A stretch of DNA of 64,000 nt from Candidatus Woesearchaeota archaeon (GCA_018302765.1 JAGVZG010000003.1:11081-75080), one strand, 5' to 3'; positions 39,376 through 50,504 are shown, numbered from the stretch's first letter. The notes: generated by a model not told the origin, from the letters alone. Program-made: numbers and translations.

Positions 39376-39917
39376 AGGCTATAAAAGAATTAGGTATAAA
39401 GAAAATTTTTAGATATGCATCTAATAAATTATTAATTATTATTTATAATGGTTTAATATTTCCGCCACTAAAAAAAACTTTTCTGAAGTTAATGGGAGCA
39501 AAGATTGGTAATAACGTTGTATTAGAAAATGTAAAATTCTTTAATTTATATAGAACAGGTATAAAAGGACTGAATATAGGGAATAATTGTTTCATAGGAG
39601 AAGAGTGTCTACTAGACATGGCAGGAAATATTACACTAGAAAAAAATGTAACATTGGGAGAACGTATTGTAGTATTAACTCACATGAACGTTGGCTATAA
39701 AGACCACCCTTTGCAAAAATATTACCATTCTATAACTAAAGATGTAACACTAAGAGAAGGATGTTTTATAGGGACAAGTTCAACAATACTAGCAGGGATT
39801 ACAGTAGGAAAATGTTCTCTGGTTGCAGCAGGAAGTATAGTAATAAAAGATGTTAAGCCATATACTGTTGTAGGGGGCAACCCTGCAAAAGAGATAAAGA
39901 AAATCAAACCCTCATAA
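39372..39917 (+). CDS. Left-handed beta-helix (hexapeptide-repeat) sugar acetyltransferase
   Basis: Hexapeptide repeats (IGNNVVLENV, IGNNCFIGEECLL, VTLGERIVVL, VGGNPAKEI). WbbJ/PglD-like. Confidence 0.75.
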   Translation: MKAIKELGIKKIFRYASNKLLIIIYNGLIFPPLKKTFLKLMGAKIGNNVVLENVKFFNLYRTGIKGLNIGNNCFIGEECLLDMAGNITLEKNVTLGERIVVLTHMNVGYKDHPLQKYYHSITKDVTLREGCFIGTSSTILAGITVGKCSLVAAGSIVIKDVKPYTVVGGNPAKEIKKIKPS

Positions 39918-40937
39918 TTTTAATTTACTATAATAATTATCATAATAATCTTTAAAGCTTCTATTTTTAAGTTTCTTCCACCAGTCAGGATTATTTTTAT
40001 ACCAAAGTATTGTTTCTACAATGCCTTCTTCAAAATTTATTTTAGGCGCCCAACCCAATTCATTTTTTATTTTTGACCACTCTAATGCATATCTTCTATC
40101 ATGGCCTGGCCTGTCCTGAACATACTGCTTAAGGGTTTCTGGCTTATTCAAAGTCTTCAATATTATAGCTGCTATTTCCTCAATACTTTTCTCTACGCCA
40201 GTACCAATGTTATAAGATTCCCCGACTTTGCCATGTTGCAAAATTAAATCAACAGCAGCACAATGATCTAATACATATACCCATTCTCTCTTATTTTGGC
40301 TGCTCTTAAACAAAGGCAAGGATTTATCTTCCAAAGCATTTGTTACAAACAAAGGAATTAATTTTTCTGGATACTGATAATGGCCATAATTATTACCGCA
40401 ATTACTTATAGTAATAGGCACTCCAAAGGTATGATAATAAACCCTAACAACATGATCTGCAGCTGCTTTTGAAGCATTATAAGGAGTTCTAGGTTTGTAA
40501 GGAGAACTTTCAGTAAAAATATTAGAATCATTTAAATCTAAATCACCAAAAACCTCACATGTAGAAATATGATGAAATCTTTTTATGCCGAATTTTTTGC
40601 AGACTTCTAAAAGATTTTGTGTTCCTAGCACATTAGTCTCAAGAAAAATCCTGGGATTTAATACTGCCCTGTCATTATGCGACTCAGCTGCAAAATTCAC
40701 AACAATATCTGGTTTAAATTCCTGGAAAATGCTGGAAACTAATTCAAAATCTCCTATATCTCCTTGAATAAATTTATACCTATTAATACCATTTATATCA
40801 CTCAAATTATCTAAGTTACCGCAATAAGTTAAAGCATCAAGATTAATGATGAAAACATCATCATATTTATCAAGCATATATCTAATAAAATTACTGCCAA
40901 TAAACCCACAGCCGCCAGTAACTAAAATAGTTCTCAT
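39912..40937 (-). CDS. rmlB: dTDP-glucose 4,6-dehydratase
   Basis: ILVTGGCGFIGSNF Rossmann motif, YxxxK catalytic dyad (YNASKAA). Overall RmlB length and blocks. Adjacent to rmlA. Confidence 0.85.
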   Translation of the reverse strand: MRTILVTGGCGFIGSNFIRYMLDKYDDVFIINLDALTYCGNLDNLSDINGINRYKFIQGDIGDFELVSSIFQEFKPDIVVNFAAESHNDRAVLNPRIFLETNVLGTQNLLEVCKKFGIKRFHHISTCEVFGDLDLNDSNIFTESSPYKPRTPYNASKAAADHVVRVYYHTFGVPITISNCGNNYGHYQYPEKLIPLFVTNALEDKSLPLFKSSQNKREWVYVLDHCAAVDLILQHGKVGESYNIGTGVEKSIEEIAAIILKTLNKPETLKQYVQDRPGHDRRYALEWSKIKNELGWAPKINFEEGIVETILWYKNNPDWWKKLKNRSFKDYYDNYYSKLKL

Positions 40938-42034
40938 AATTTCAACTCCGAATTCTCGCCTAAAACAAAAACACCGCCTTTAGGTACAGAATTTTTTCTT
41001 GATATTATTTTAGAATGTTTACCAATCAAACTATGAATAATTTTCTCACCGTTCTCAAGATCTACTGTTGTATTTCCTATAATAATAGAAGATTCAATTT
41101 CTCCGCCTTTTATTTTGCAGTTATCTCCTATTGAAGTGTAAGGTCCAATGTAAGTATTTGGTCCTACTTCACAATTATTACCTATAACAACAGGCCCTTT
41201 TACATAGCAATTCTCATGAATAATTGTATTCTCACCAACGCCAACCTTACCAAGTACTTTAGAGTCAGCAGAAATATTGCCTTTAATTTCAGGAACTATA
41301 TCCATAAGAACCATATAATTTGCATTCAAAATTGCTTCTGCTGTCCCAGCGTCGTCCCACCATCCTTGCACTTTGTGGCAAGTTACTATTTTATCTGGAT
41401 CATCAACTAGCAGCTTAATAGCATCTGTAATCTGTAGTTCTCCACCTTTGCCTGGCTTTATTCTCTTTATAGCATCAAAAATATCTGAAGTAAATATATA
41501 AATTCCAGTAATAACGTAATTGCTTTTTGGATTTTCTGGTTTTTCCTCAACATGCACTACATTGCCTAATTCATCAAATACAGCAACGCCAAACTTCTGT
41601 GGTTGATCATGTTTCGCTAATAATAAACTACAAATAGGTCTATCTTTTTTAAAGTTCTCAACAAAAGACTTAATACCTGATTTAATCATATTATCTCCAA
41701 GATAAACAACAAAATCTTCACCACCCATAAAACCCTCAGCAATTCCAATTGCATGAGCCAGACCCCTAGGAGCATCCTGTTCTATATAAGTAACTTTAAC
41801 TCCCCAATTACTACCATCACCAACAGAATTCACAATAGAAGCAATTCTATCTTTATCATAACCAACAATAATTCCTATTTCTTTTATGCCTGCATTAGCT
41901 AAATCTTCCACTACATAATGTATAACTGGTTTGTTTGCTATAGGAATTAATTGTTTAGCTCCAGTATGAGTTAAAGGTCTCAGTCTTGTAGCTAAACCTC
42001 CAGCCAAAATCAAACCTTTCATAAGAAAAAACAC
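40934..42034 (-). CDS. rmlA: Glucose-1-phosphate thymidylyltransferase, long archaeal form with C-terminal LbH domain
   Basis: MKGLILAGGLATRLRPLTHTGAKQL nucleotidyltransferase signature. C-terminal hexapeptide repeats. Confidence 0.8.
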   Translation of the reverse strand: MFFLMKGLILAGGLATRLRPLTHTGAKQLIPIANKPVIHYVVEDLANAGIKEIGIIVGYDKDRIASIVNSVGDGSNWGVKVTYIEQDAPRGLAHAIGIAEGFMGGEDFVVYLGDNMIKSGIKSFVENFKKDRPICSLLLAKHDQPQKFGVAVFDELGNVVHVEEKPENPKSNYVITGIYIFTSDIFDAIKRIKPGKGGELQITDAIKLLVDDPDKIVTCHKVQGWWDDAGTAEAILNANYMVLMDIVPEIKGNISADSKVLGKVGVGENTIIHENCYVKGPVVIGNNCEVGPNTYIGPYTSIGDNCKIKGGEIESSIIIGNTTVDLENGEKIIHSLIGKHSKIISRKNSVPKGGVFVLGENSELKL

Positions 42035-42110
42035 TAAAAAGGGCTTTTAAAATTTATGAATTTAAAAATCATTATACTGTAAAACAACAGTTTTATAATA
42101 ATAGAAAATA

Positions 42111-43085
42111 TTATGGCCTCAAATCTTCAAGATTTATTTTAGTACCTAATTCAAAATCAACAGGTACTACTTCATATCTTTTATTATTAAGAACATCCAC
42201 TGCTACATTATAACTTGCAGAATTACATACTCTTAAATGTTGAAGTAAAACTGCTATAAAATCATCATTTATACCAAGTCTACCTGTGTGTGGATTTTCC
42301 CCAAATTGCATACCAAGACTATCTTTTGGTAATTTTTCTTTTTGCACATCTATTAAATCAAATAATGAAATAATAGAATCAGGAGTATCCTCTACAAAAT
42401 TTATTAAATCATCCAAGACAATACCTTCTGCTGAGCTTGATTTTTGACGAAGTCTAAGTAAATCAGAAGAACTATGAGACAATTGAGTAAAGAAATTTAC
42501 TGGTAAATCAAATGAAAGATCATAACATTTTGAAGCCCCTAGCCATTTCATGGTAAATGAATCTTCTGGTATTCTCAGTTCCCTGCCTAAATAAAAACTA
42601 ATAACGTCATATGGATCAGACCTATTTAATGGAGTAAATCCACCTTCTGTTTTACGCCCCCTAAAATGAACCCCATACCCTCCAGCGCAAGTATAAATTC
42701 CTGGACCATGTGGCAAATCTTTTTCTCTTCTTAAAGCAACTATCAAACCATCACTAGTCCTATTAATAGATTCTGTACAAAGAGCATTAAATCGTGAATC
42801 GATAAGTTTTCTATTAGCAAAGCCTGCTCTTGCATGACAGATATGTTCCACGTAATCAACATAGCCTGTTTCAAATTTAACTCTTCCTTGCTCTGGTGTT
42901 TCTATGGATAAAACATTAAACATTTGTCCTGAAGTAATTTTTGGATCTAAACCTGCACGTTCCCTAATTATTTCTTCTCTCAAACCCTTAGTATAATCAA
43001 TACGAACAGAATTGTCATGAATGCATTCCACATTTTCCCTTTGAATATTACCTGTGTTTAAAAGATATATTCTAGATTTTACCAT
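42111..43085 (-). CDS. Hypothetical protein of atypical (non-host) composition inside the dTDP-sugar operon
   Basis: 324 aa, R/G/D/E-rich unlike neighbours. No motif I can assign. Located between rmlA and a GT2. Confidence 0.4.
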   Translation of the reverse strand: MVKSRIYLLNTGNIQRENVECIHDNSVRIDYTKGLREEIIRERAGLDPKITSGQMFNVLSIETPEQGRVKFETGYVDYVEHICHARAGFANRKLIDSRFNALCTESINRTSDGLIVALRREKDLPHGPGIYTCAGGYGVHFRGRKTEGGFTPLNRSDPYDVISFYLGRELRIPEDSFTMKWLGASKCYDLSFDLPVNFFTQLSHSSSDLLRLRQKSSSAEGIVLDDLINFVEDTPDSIISLFDLIDVQKEKLPKDSLGMQFGENPHTGRLGINDDFIAVLLQHLRVCNSASYNVAVDVLNNKRYEVVPVDFELGTKINLEDLRP

Positions 43086-43216
43086 TTTAATTAAAATAAT
43101 AAAAGAAAAATTTATATAGCTTCCTTTTTCCCTTTATCATTATTTAAAAATTCTTACTTCAATTACCTAGAAATATAATGAAAACATCAAAACCAGTACA
43201 AATAAAAACTCCAAAA

Positions 43217-43930
43217 TTAATCTAATCTTCTCAAAACAACAAGCTTAAACCATTGTTTTCCTAAGCCAAAAAGTGTCTTAATAATTCTTTTAGGTCTAAA
43301 AAATTGTGACTTACCATAAACTCTAGGATAATGATGCACAGGGACATTTTTTATAGTAAACCCAGCTGTCTGTATTTTTCTCATCATTTCAGTGCATATC
43401 AAACCTGTACTCTCAGTCAACTTAACTTTATCAAATACTTTTCTATGCATTAATCTAAAATCACAATCTACATCTTTAACCTTAAGATTAAATAAAAATT
43501 TCACAGAATGCTGATATATTGAGCCTAATAATTTTCTATAAAAAGGATCATTCCTCTTCATTTTATAGCCATTAACCACATCATATTTATTGATGTATGG
43601 CACCAACTTCACTAGTTCCTTAACGTCATATTGTGCATCTCCATCTGTGTAAAAAACTAAATCTTTTGTAGAATTATTAAATCCGCTTCTAAGAGCACCA
43701 CCGTAACCTTTATTCTTTTCATGATGTATTACTTTAACATGTTTATCTTTCTTAGCTATAGAATCAGCAATTTGTCCTCCTCTATCAGGACTACAATCAT
43801 CAACAATTATTATTTCATAGTTATTAGTTATTTTCGTCAACACTTCTGTTAGTCTGTTGTACATTAATTCTATTGTTCCTTCATCATTATAAGAAGGAAA
43901 AAAAGTAGATATGCTTTGGTTTATTTTCAT
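43217..43930 (-). CDS. GT2 glycosyltransferase (DPM1-like)
   Basis: FFPSYNDEGTIE...EIIIVDDCSPDRG...FYTDGDAQYD motifs. Confidence 0.75.
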   Translation of the reverse strand: MKINQSISTFFPSYNDEGTIELMYNRLTEVLTKITNNYEIIIVDDCSPDRGGQIADSIAKKDKHVKVIHHEKNKGYGGALRSGFNNSTKDLVFYTDGDAQYDVKELVKLVPYINKYDVVNGYKMKRNDPFYRKLLGSIYQHSVKFLFNLKVKDVDCDFRLMHRKVFDKVKLTESTGLICTEMMRKIQTAGFTIKNVPVHHYPRVYGKSQFFRPKRIIKTLFGLGKQWFKLVVLRRLD

Positions 43931-45031
43931 CTATTTCAAAGAACTATAAGCATTTATAAACCTAATTATTTCAGCAACTTCTTCATCAGTCAATTCAGGA
44001 AACATAGGTAAAGATAATATTTCCTTAGAATATTCCTCGGTTTTGGGAAGATTAAATCTTCTATCAAAATTCTTAAGATAGTATTCTTGTAGGTGATTTG
44101 GAATTGGATAATGTATTAAAGTTTGTACTCCTTTGGAAGTTAAATAATTCATTAAGCCTTCCCTGTCTCTATGTCTTATTACAAATAGATGAAATACTTG
44201 GTCTGAATTTTCCGCGTCTAATGGAAGAACAACATCTTTATTATCTTTCAAACCTTCAAAATACATTTTAGCAATTTCAGACCTTCTTGAATTCCATTTA
44301 TCTAAATATTTTAATTTTAAATTTAATATAGCAGCCTGAATTTCATCCAGTCTACTGTTTATTCCCTCAACAACTTGATAATACCTTTGCTTCTGTCCAT
44401 AATTTCTCATTAAAATAAGCTTTTCATATAATTCAATATCATCAGTAACAATCATACCTCCATCTCCAAAAGCACCAAGATTCTTACTAGGATAAAAACT
44501 AAAGCAACCTAAGCCACTAATCGGAACTTTATTTCCTTTATACATTGTACCATGAGACTGCGCGCAATCTTCAATAATTTTCAAATTATATTTATTTGCA
44601 ATTTCAACAATAGGATCCATATCAGAAGCATTACCATATAAATGAACTGGCAATATAACTTTCGTCTTGTCAGTAATATTATTCTCAATTTGAGAAGTAT
44701 CCATTGTATAGTTATCACCTATATCAACAAAAACAGGTTTAGCATCAATAGCATAAATGGCTGATATAGTTGGTATTGCAGTGAATGAAACAGTTATGAC
44801 TTCATCTCCCGGCTTAACATTACATAATTTTAAAGCAAGTATAAGAGCATCTGTACCAGAATTAACACCAACGCCATATTTCTTACCACAATAATTTGCA
44901 AAACTATTCTCAAACTGTTTAACTTGATCACCTAAAATATACATCCCACTGCCAAGTACATTTAATAAATGTTTATCAAGTTCGTCCTTAATAGACAAAT
45001 ATTGCCTTTTTATGTCGCCAAAAGGAATCAT
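43931..45031 (-). CDS. DegT/DnrJ/EryC1/StrS-family PLP-dependent sugar aminotransferase
   Basis: MIPFGDIKRQYLSIKDELD...GVNSGTDALILALK N-terminal blocks. 366 aa. Confidence 0.85.
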   Translation of the reverse strand: MIPFGDIKRQYLSIKDELDKHLLNVLGSGMYILGDQVKQFENSFANYCGKKYGVGVNSGTDALILALKLCNVKPGDEVITVSFTAIPTISAIYAIDAKPVFVDIGDNYTMDTSQIENNITDKTKVILPVHLYGNASDMDPIVEIANKYNLKIIEDCAQSHGTMYKGNKVPISGLGCFSFYPSKNLGAFGDGGMIVTDDIELYEKLILMRNYGQKQRYYQVVEGINSRLDEIQAAILNLKLKYLDKWNSRRSEIAKMYFEGLKDNKDVVLPLDAENSDQVFHLFVIRHRDREGLMNYLTSKGVQTLIHYPIPNHLQEYYLKNFDRRFNLPKTEEYSKEILSLPMFPELTDEEVAEIIRFINAYSSLK

Positions 45032-45033
45032 TT

Positions 45034-46074
45034 TTAAAAATAATGTTCCTCCTTTCCTTTAAAATATTCTAGTGTTCTTTTAACTCCATCTTTAAAACCT
45101 GTTTTTGGTTGCCAACCCAATACATTCTTAATTTTAGATATATCTAAATAAGTATCACCTACGTTAATTTTCTTTCTTTCATCTGGAAAAGGAACTAATT
45201 TATAAGAACCTTTACCGCTGACATCAATTACATCTTTAGCCATATCCAAAAGTGATTTATAATTTGTATCACCAAGATTAAAAATTTCTCCATGTAATTC
45301 TGATGCACCACCAATCAACAAAGCATCAATAACATCATCAACAAAATTCAAATCTCTAAGTTCAGCGCCATTACCATAAACAGTTATATCTTTCTCTTCC
45401 ATAGCTAATCTTACAAAAGTAGGAACAAGTTGCTTTAAATGTAACTTCATACTTTGTTTAGGACCATAAGTATTAGTTAATCTAAATATTAATGACTTAA
45501 TTCCATAAACATTATCGTATAACAAAAGATAATTTTCCGCAGCAATTTTATTTATAGCATTGACATCTGGTGGATTTAAACCATGTTTTTCATCTACCGG
45601 AAGATAATTTGGTTTTCCATATACTTGTCTGGTTGAAGTAAATATAATTTTAGTATTTTTATTATTAATTTTGCATGCATTCAAAATATTAATAGTGCAT
45701 AAAACATTAACATCTAAATCTAATTTGGGATTAGACATAGAAATTCCATGTACAGTATTTCCTGCCAAATGAAATATTAAATCTTTATTTTGAACTGCAG
45801 TATCAGCAACTTTAGAGTCACATAAATCTCCTGCAATATATTCAAACTTACCTTCCACTTCTTCCAAATTTTTTTTATTTGCACTTGTATTTTCAAGAAA
45901 AGAATCAACAACAGTAACATTGGCTCCAAGGCGTACAAGTTTACAAACCAAATTGCTTCCTATAAAACCATAACCACCCGTAACTAGAATATTCTTATTT
46001 CTATAAAAACCATTGTGATCCATAAATCCAAAAAACCAAGTTAGCTTTATAAAGTTTATTAATAAGAAATCCAT
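45034..46074 (-). CDS. NAD-dependent sugar-nucleotide epimerase/dehydratase (extended SDR)
   Basis: ILVTGGYGFIGSNLV Rossmann motif and the catalytic Y in YGKPNYLP (YxxxN; the classical YxxxK lysine is not present). Paired with the adjacent aminotransferase, as in UDP-/dTDP-4-keto-6-deoxy-aminosugar pathways. Confidence 0.8.
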   Translation of the reverse strand: MDFLLINFIKLTWFFGFMDHNGFYRNKNILVTGGYGFIGSNLVCKLVRLGANVTVVDSFLENTSANKKNLEEVEGKFEYIAGDLCDSKVADTAVQNKDLIFHLAGNTVHGISMSNPKLDLDVNVLCTINILNACKINNKNTKIIFTSTRQVYGKPNYLPVDEKHGLNPPDVNAINKIAAENYLLLYDNVYGIKSLIFRLTNTYGPKQSMKLHLKQLVPTFVRLAMEEKDITVYGNGAELRDLNFVDDVIDALLIGGASELHGEIFNLGDTNYKSLLDMAKDVIDVSGKGSYKLVPFPDERKKINVGDTYLDISKIKNVLGWQPKTGFKDGVKRTLEYFKGKEEHYF

Positions 46075-46076
46075 AG

Positions 46077-46814
46077 ATGGAAATAACAGAATATAAAAAT
46101 ATTTACGAACTTGAAGACGAGCATTGGTGGTATGCAGGAATGCGCCACATATTTATTACTACAATAAGATCTTATATAAAAAACAATGAAAAAATAAAAA
46201 TTCTAGACGTTGGATGTGGAACTGGTTACAATATAAAAATCATGAGAAAATTTGGCGAAGTCTATGGAATAGACTATTCAAAAGAAGCAATAAAATTCTG
46301 CAAATTAAACAAAGTTAAAAATGTAAAAATAGCATCAGCAGAAAAAATTCCTTTTAAAGATAATACATTTGACTTAGTAACAAGCTTCGAAGTTCTATAT
46401 CATAAAGGAATAAAAGATGATAACAAAGCATTACAAGAAATAAAAAGAGTATGTAAGAAAAATGGAATTATAGTAATAAGGCTTCCAGCATTTAATATAC
46501 TAAAAAGAAAACATGATAATCAAGTGCACGGAATAAGAAGATATAATAAAAAAGCAATTATAAAGATGTGTAAGAATCTAAATATAAAAATAGAAAAAAT
46601 AACCTACCTTAATGCACTACCATTTCTTCCATTAGTAATTATAGCTAGTTTAGAAAGAATATTTAATCCAAAAGTAGATTCAGATATTAAAAAAACTAAT
46701 AAATTAATTAATAACATATTGAAATATTATTTATTATTAGAAGGAAAAATAATAAACAAAATTAATCTGCCTTTTGGAACATCTATATTATTTATAGCAA
46801 GGAAAATGAATTAA
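46077..46814 (+). CDS. Class I SAM-dependent methyltransferase
   Basis: ILDVGCGTGYN motif I, FDLVTSFEVLYH. Confidence 0.7.
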   Translation: MEITEYKNIYELEDEHWWYAGMRHIFITTIRSYIKNNEKIKILDVGCGTGYNIKIMRKFGEVYGIDYSKEAIKFCKLNKVKNVKIASAEKIPFKDNTFDLVTSFEVLYHKGIKDDNKALQEIKRVCKKNGIIVIRLPAFNILKRKHDNQVHGIRRYNKKAIIKMCKNLNIKIEKITYLNALPFLPLVIIASLERIFNPKVDSDIKKTNKLINNILKYYLLLEGKIINKINLPFGTSILFIARKMN

Positions 46815-48277
46815 ATTTTCATAATGTACAACTTACCATGAAAATTCTTTATTTCATGCTTAGAAAAAAATTCACGTTCTTCTGAATTTAAACCTGAATA
46901 ACCTACGCGGCTATAATTATCTAGTATAATAACACCGTTAGATTTTAATAAATCTTCATAATTATTTATGTATTTAACATCAACATCATAATTTAAGTCA
47001 TTAAATATTGATAGCATACCTAAATTACCATGTTTATAAAATATCACATTTCTATCATTTAAATCAATAATAAACTTAGCAGCATCTAATTTATCTTTGT
47101 ATAAAATACCGTAAGCACCATTAGTGCCACCATTATTATACAAAATGTATAAGTGATAAGAAAATAGAATAATATTAACTAATAAAACAAATGCAAATAA
47201 TGCATATAAAATGTTCTTAAATTTATATTTATCAATCAAATAAGAAAAACCAACGCCAGCAATAACAAAATTTATTGGATACAATATTAAAAAATAATGT
47301 GGCGAGACACTTTTACTTCTAATTATATATAAAAATATAACAAGCAATAAAGAAAACAGCAATAAAAAATATTTTTTATCTTTATATTTTTTAATAATAA
47401 AAACCAAGCCGAAAATAAATAATATACTTAAAATTAAAACACTTAAATAAATAAAGAAATTGAATATAGAACCATAAAAAACCTCTGTTCCATTGAAGTA
47501 ATTAGAACTAAATGGAGTGATAATCATAAATGGAAAAACAATTGACTCAAATGCATTTGAAATAAAACCTGACTTAGTCTGAACAAACCCATAAGATAAT
47601 GATTTCCAAATAACATTCTCCCCGCTCATAAAACTATAAAATATTATTGGCAATAATGTTAAAATTAACAAAGAAACTCCTAAAATTAAATATTTCCAGA
47701 AATTTCTATCTCTAAAAAATCTTAAATAAAATAAGAAAAAAGGCAATAACAATAAAGCAGATATATGAAAATGAAGCATTAGACCAAATGAAAGAAAAGA
47801 AAGTAAGGTAAATTTATACTCTTTTTTACAAACAACACTGAAAAAACTATAAAAGAATAATACAGATAAAAAAGGTATATAACTAGGGTTCCATACAGAT
47901 CTGGAATAATATAAATGCCAAATTGAAGTTGCAAACAACAAAGAAGATACTACTGCTGCTTTGAAATTAAAAAACTTCCTTACAAAGAAAAAAGATAAAA
48001 CCACTGCTAAAACATTAAAAAAAGCAATAAAGTAAACATGAATCAAGTAATTGCTGGATAACTCAGATAAAAAGTAATAAATATAATAAATAGCAGGACC
48101 AAATGTTTCAAATGTGTGGTAACCAAAAAGAATTGGATTGGAAAAACTTATAGATTTAGCAATATCAAAGAAAGAAACTGTCTCATGATCAAAAACAGTT
48201 AAAGCTGGATAAATGAAACGTAAAATTAAAGACAAAGATACCAGAAACAGCAAAAAATACCATTCTTTTTTCTCCAT
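46811..48277 (-). CDS. GT-C-fold-like polytopic membrane protein (putative Dol-P-sugar glycosyltransferase)
   Basis: More than 11 TM. FDHE acidic motif in loop 1. Architecture like 35789-37348. Confidence 0.5.
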   Translation of the reverse strand: MEKKEWYFLLFLVSLSLILRFIYPALTVFDHETVSFFDIAKSISFSNPILFGYHTFETFGPAIYYIYYFLSELSSNYLIHVYFIAFFNVLAVVLSFFFVRKFFNFKAAVVSSLLFATSIWHLYYSRSVWNPSYIPFLSVLFFYSFFSVVCKKEYKFTLLSFLSFGLMLHFHISALLLLPFFLFYLRFFRDRNFWKYLILGVSLLILTLLPIIFYSFMSGENVIWKSLSYGFVQTKSGFISNAFESIVFPFMIITPFSSNYFNGTEVFYGSIFNFFIYLSVLILSILFIFGLVFIIKKYKDKKYFLLLFSLLLVIFLYIIRSKSVSPHYFLILYPINFVIAGVGFSYLIDKYKFKNILYALFAFVLLVNIILFSYHLYILYNNGGTNGAYGILYKDKLDAAKFIIDLNDRNVIFYKHGNLGMLSIFNDLNYDVDVKYINNYEDLLKSNGVIILDNYSRVGYSGLNSEEREFFSKHEIKNFHGKLYIMKI

Positions 48278-48325
48278 GAAATTAAATAAGTTCAGAAATA
48301 TAAAAAGGTTTTTATATTTGGCACT

Positions 48326-48967
48326 ATGAAGAAAAACATGACTGAAATAAAAGACATAATAAAAGAGTACAAAGATATAAAATTAATAGATAAAATATAC
48401 ATGAAATTAAGATGGAGGTTATGTCCTTTTAATACAATAGAAGAAAAAACACCTAAAAAAGGCACAATTCTTGACCTTGGCTGCGGTTATGGAATGCTAG
48501 CAAATCTTTTGTGTCTAAAGTCAAAACAAAGAAAAGTAATTGGTATGGACCTATCATCCAAGAGAATTAATACAGCAAAAAAAAGTGAAAGAAAAAATAA
48601 AAACCTAAAATTTATAGAAGCAGATATTACAAAATATAAATTGCAAAAATTCGATGCAATAGTTATGACAGATTTCTTGCATCATTTAAAATATGAAGAC
48701 CAAGAAGACTTAATATCAAAACTATATGAAAAATTAAATAAAAATGGTAAGCTTATAATACTTGATATAGATAAAAGCATAAAACTAAAACATGCCTTTA
48801 CTGTTTTACTAGACAGAAGTCTAAATTATGGTGAACAAGTATATTACAGAACAAAATATGATATGGTTTCCATGCTAGAAAAAAATAAATTCAAAGTCAT
48901 TAAAACTATAAGGGCTGATAAATATCTCCCTATGCCTGATATAATATTTATAGCAACAAGAAATTAA
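48326..48967 (+). CDS. Class I SAM-dependent methyltransferase
   Basis: ILDLGCGYGMLAN motif I, FDAIVMTDFLHH. Confidence 0.7.
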   Translation: MKKNMTEIKDIIKEYKDIKLIDKIYMKLRWRLCPFNTIEEKTPKKGTILDLGCGYGMLANLLCLKSKQRKVIGMDLSSKRINTAKKSERKNKNLKFIEADITKYKLQKFDAIVMTDFLHHLKYEDQEDLISKLYEKLNKNGKLIILDIDKSIKLKHAFTVLLDRSLNYGEQVYYRTKYDMVSMLEKNKFKVIKTIRADKYLPMPDIIFIATRN

Positions 48968-50466
48968 ACTTTATACAAACAAAAATTACCGCTATTTTCT
49001 AAAAAATTTAAATTGCACTTACTAAATTTACCACAAGTCTCCCTGTATCCAATAACATGTGTTGTATTTAAAAACTTAATATCATGAATAAATGAACCAC
49101 AATCACTTAAATCAGATTTTTTAAGATTCTTAAAAGTATCAAAATAACTTGGTTCTTTTAACTCAGGATACCACCCATAAGGTGTAGAAAGGCCATAATA
49201 AATAGGAACATAAGAATAAATAGCCTTTGCATAAATAGTTCTTGGATAATCTCCAAACATTAAGAAGCTTCCATTAAATTTAGAAAACAAGCCTTCCAAC
49301 TCAAGATTTGCTTTATCATTTGGTACTACAAAACTTGGGGTATGTAAAATATTTATAGTAATACTAATCAAAGCTAAAAAAACCAAAGCAAATGGTAAAA
49401 TTTTAACTACTTTAATGTCTATTTTACTATAATCTATTTTAAAAAAGAAAAACAAAGAAAAGAACAAGAAAAACGGTAGATAGGGATCTGGAAATATGTT
49501 TCTAAAAACAGGTATAAATGGAGTTAACCTAAAAAGATATAAAATACCTAAAATAACAACAGGAGCAAAAAAATATATCTCATTTCTAGGTTTATTATTG
49601 GAAGACCAATAATAATAAAATAATATAAGAAAAGCCAATGGAAATAAAAATGCAGCCAAATTAGTTAATATAAGATCACTTCTAAACTGCCACAGCCAAA
49701 GATTTTGTGTCAAAGCAGGAATGGCGCTAGATACAAAAACAGATTTTATAAAAGGAACAAACCAGAAAGATGTCAGCAACGAAGAAGCCAAAAAATAAAA
49801 TGCTACAAGTATTTTTTCCTTCTTTGGTTTTATAATAAACAAACCTAAAAATAATAAAGAAGATATTACAGCTATGCTTAAATAAGACAATAATATCAAA
49901 CTATAAGAAGGGATTATAAACAAAGACTTCCAGTCAAGCTTCCTCTCTCTGTAATACAAGATTAAAAAAGAAAATAGCAAAAACCAAACCCAAGTAAATA
50001 ATTCATGGACTCTTCCAAGCCTAATAAAACTACCAATAGACAAAGCATTCATAAACATAAATGAAAAAAAAGCAACTCTTTGAAGTTTAGAAAGCCTAAA
50101 GCGCTTGCCTCCGAAGTATATAACTAAAAAAGCAAGAACAAAAGACAAAACCATAGTAAAGTATGTCGCAATTTTTACATCGCCAAATAAATAATAAAAA
50201 GGTAATGCAAATAAAAACCATCCAGGTGGCGTGAAGCTAAAAGATATAAAACCATTATACCAGTATTGGCAAAAATTTAGAAAACCACACTCACGTAAAA
50301 AAAATAACTGTGCCATATAAGAACTTATATCGTTAACATAATCCCTAGGAAAATAAAACAACAATTGTGATTGATCTACAAGTCTATATAAAAAATAAAT
50401 AGACATTACAAATATAGGCAAGTAAAGCCAGCCATCTCTGAAAAGAATTTTAAGTTTTTCTCTCAT
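48964..50466 (-). CDS. Polytopic integral membrane protein (possible GT-C glycosyltransferase or polymerase)
   Basis: 500 aa, more than 12 TM. Large C-terminal extracytoplasmic domain. No definitive motif. Confidence 0.4.
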   Translation of the reverse strand: MREKLKILFRDGWLYLPIFVMSIYFLYRLVDQSQLLFYFPRDYVNDISSYMAQLFFLRECGFLNFCQYWYNGFISFSFTPPGWFLFALPFYYLFGDVKIATYFTMVLSFVLAFLVIYFGGKRFRLSKLQRVAFFSFMFMNALSIGSFIRLGRVHELFTWVWFLLFSFLILYYRERKLDWKSLFIIPSYSLILLSYLSIAVISSLLFLGLFIIKPKKEKILVAFYFLASSLLTSFWFVPFIKSVFVSSAIPALTQNLWLWQFRSDLILTNLAAFLFPLAFLILFYYYWSSNNKPRNEIYFFAPVVILGILYLFRLTPFIPVFRNIFPDPYLPFFLFFSLFFFFKIDYSKIDIKVVKILPFALVFLALISITINILHTPSFVVPNDKANLELEGLFSKFNGSFLMFGDYPRTIYAKAIYSYVPIYYGLSTPYGWYPELKEPSYFDTFKNLKKSDLSDCGSFIHDIKFLNTTHVIGYRETCGKFSKCNLNFLENSGNFCLYKV

Positions 50467-50504
50467 AAATTAATAAAAGAAATATCATTTATAAATATAA
50501 CTGA

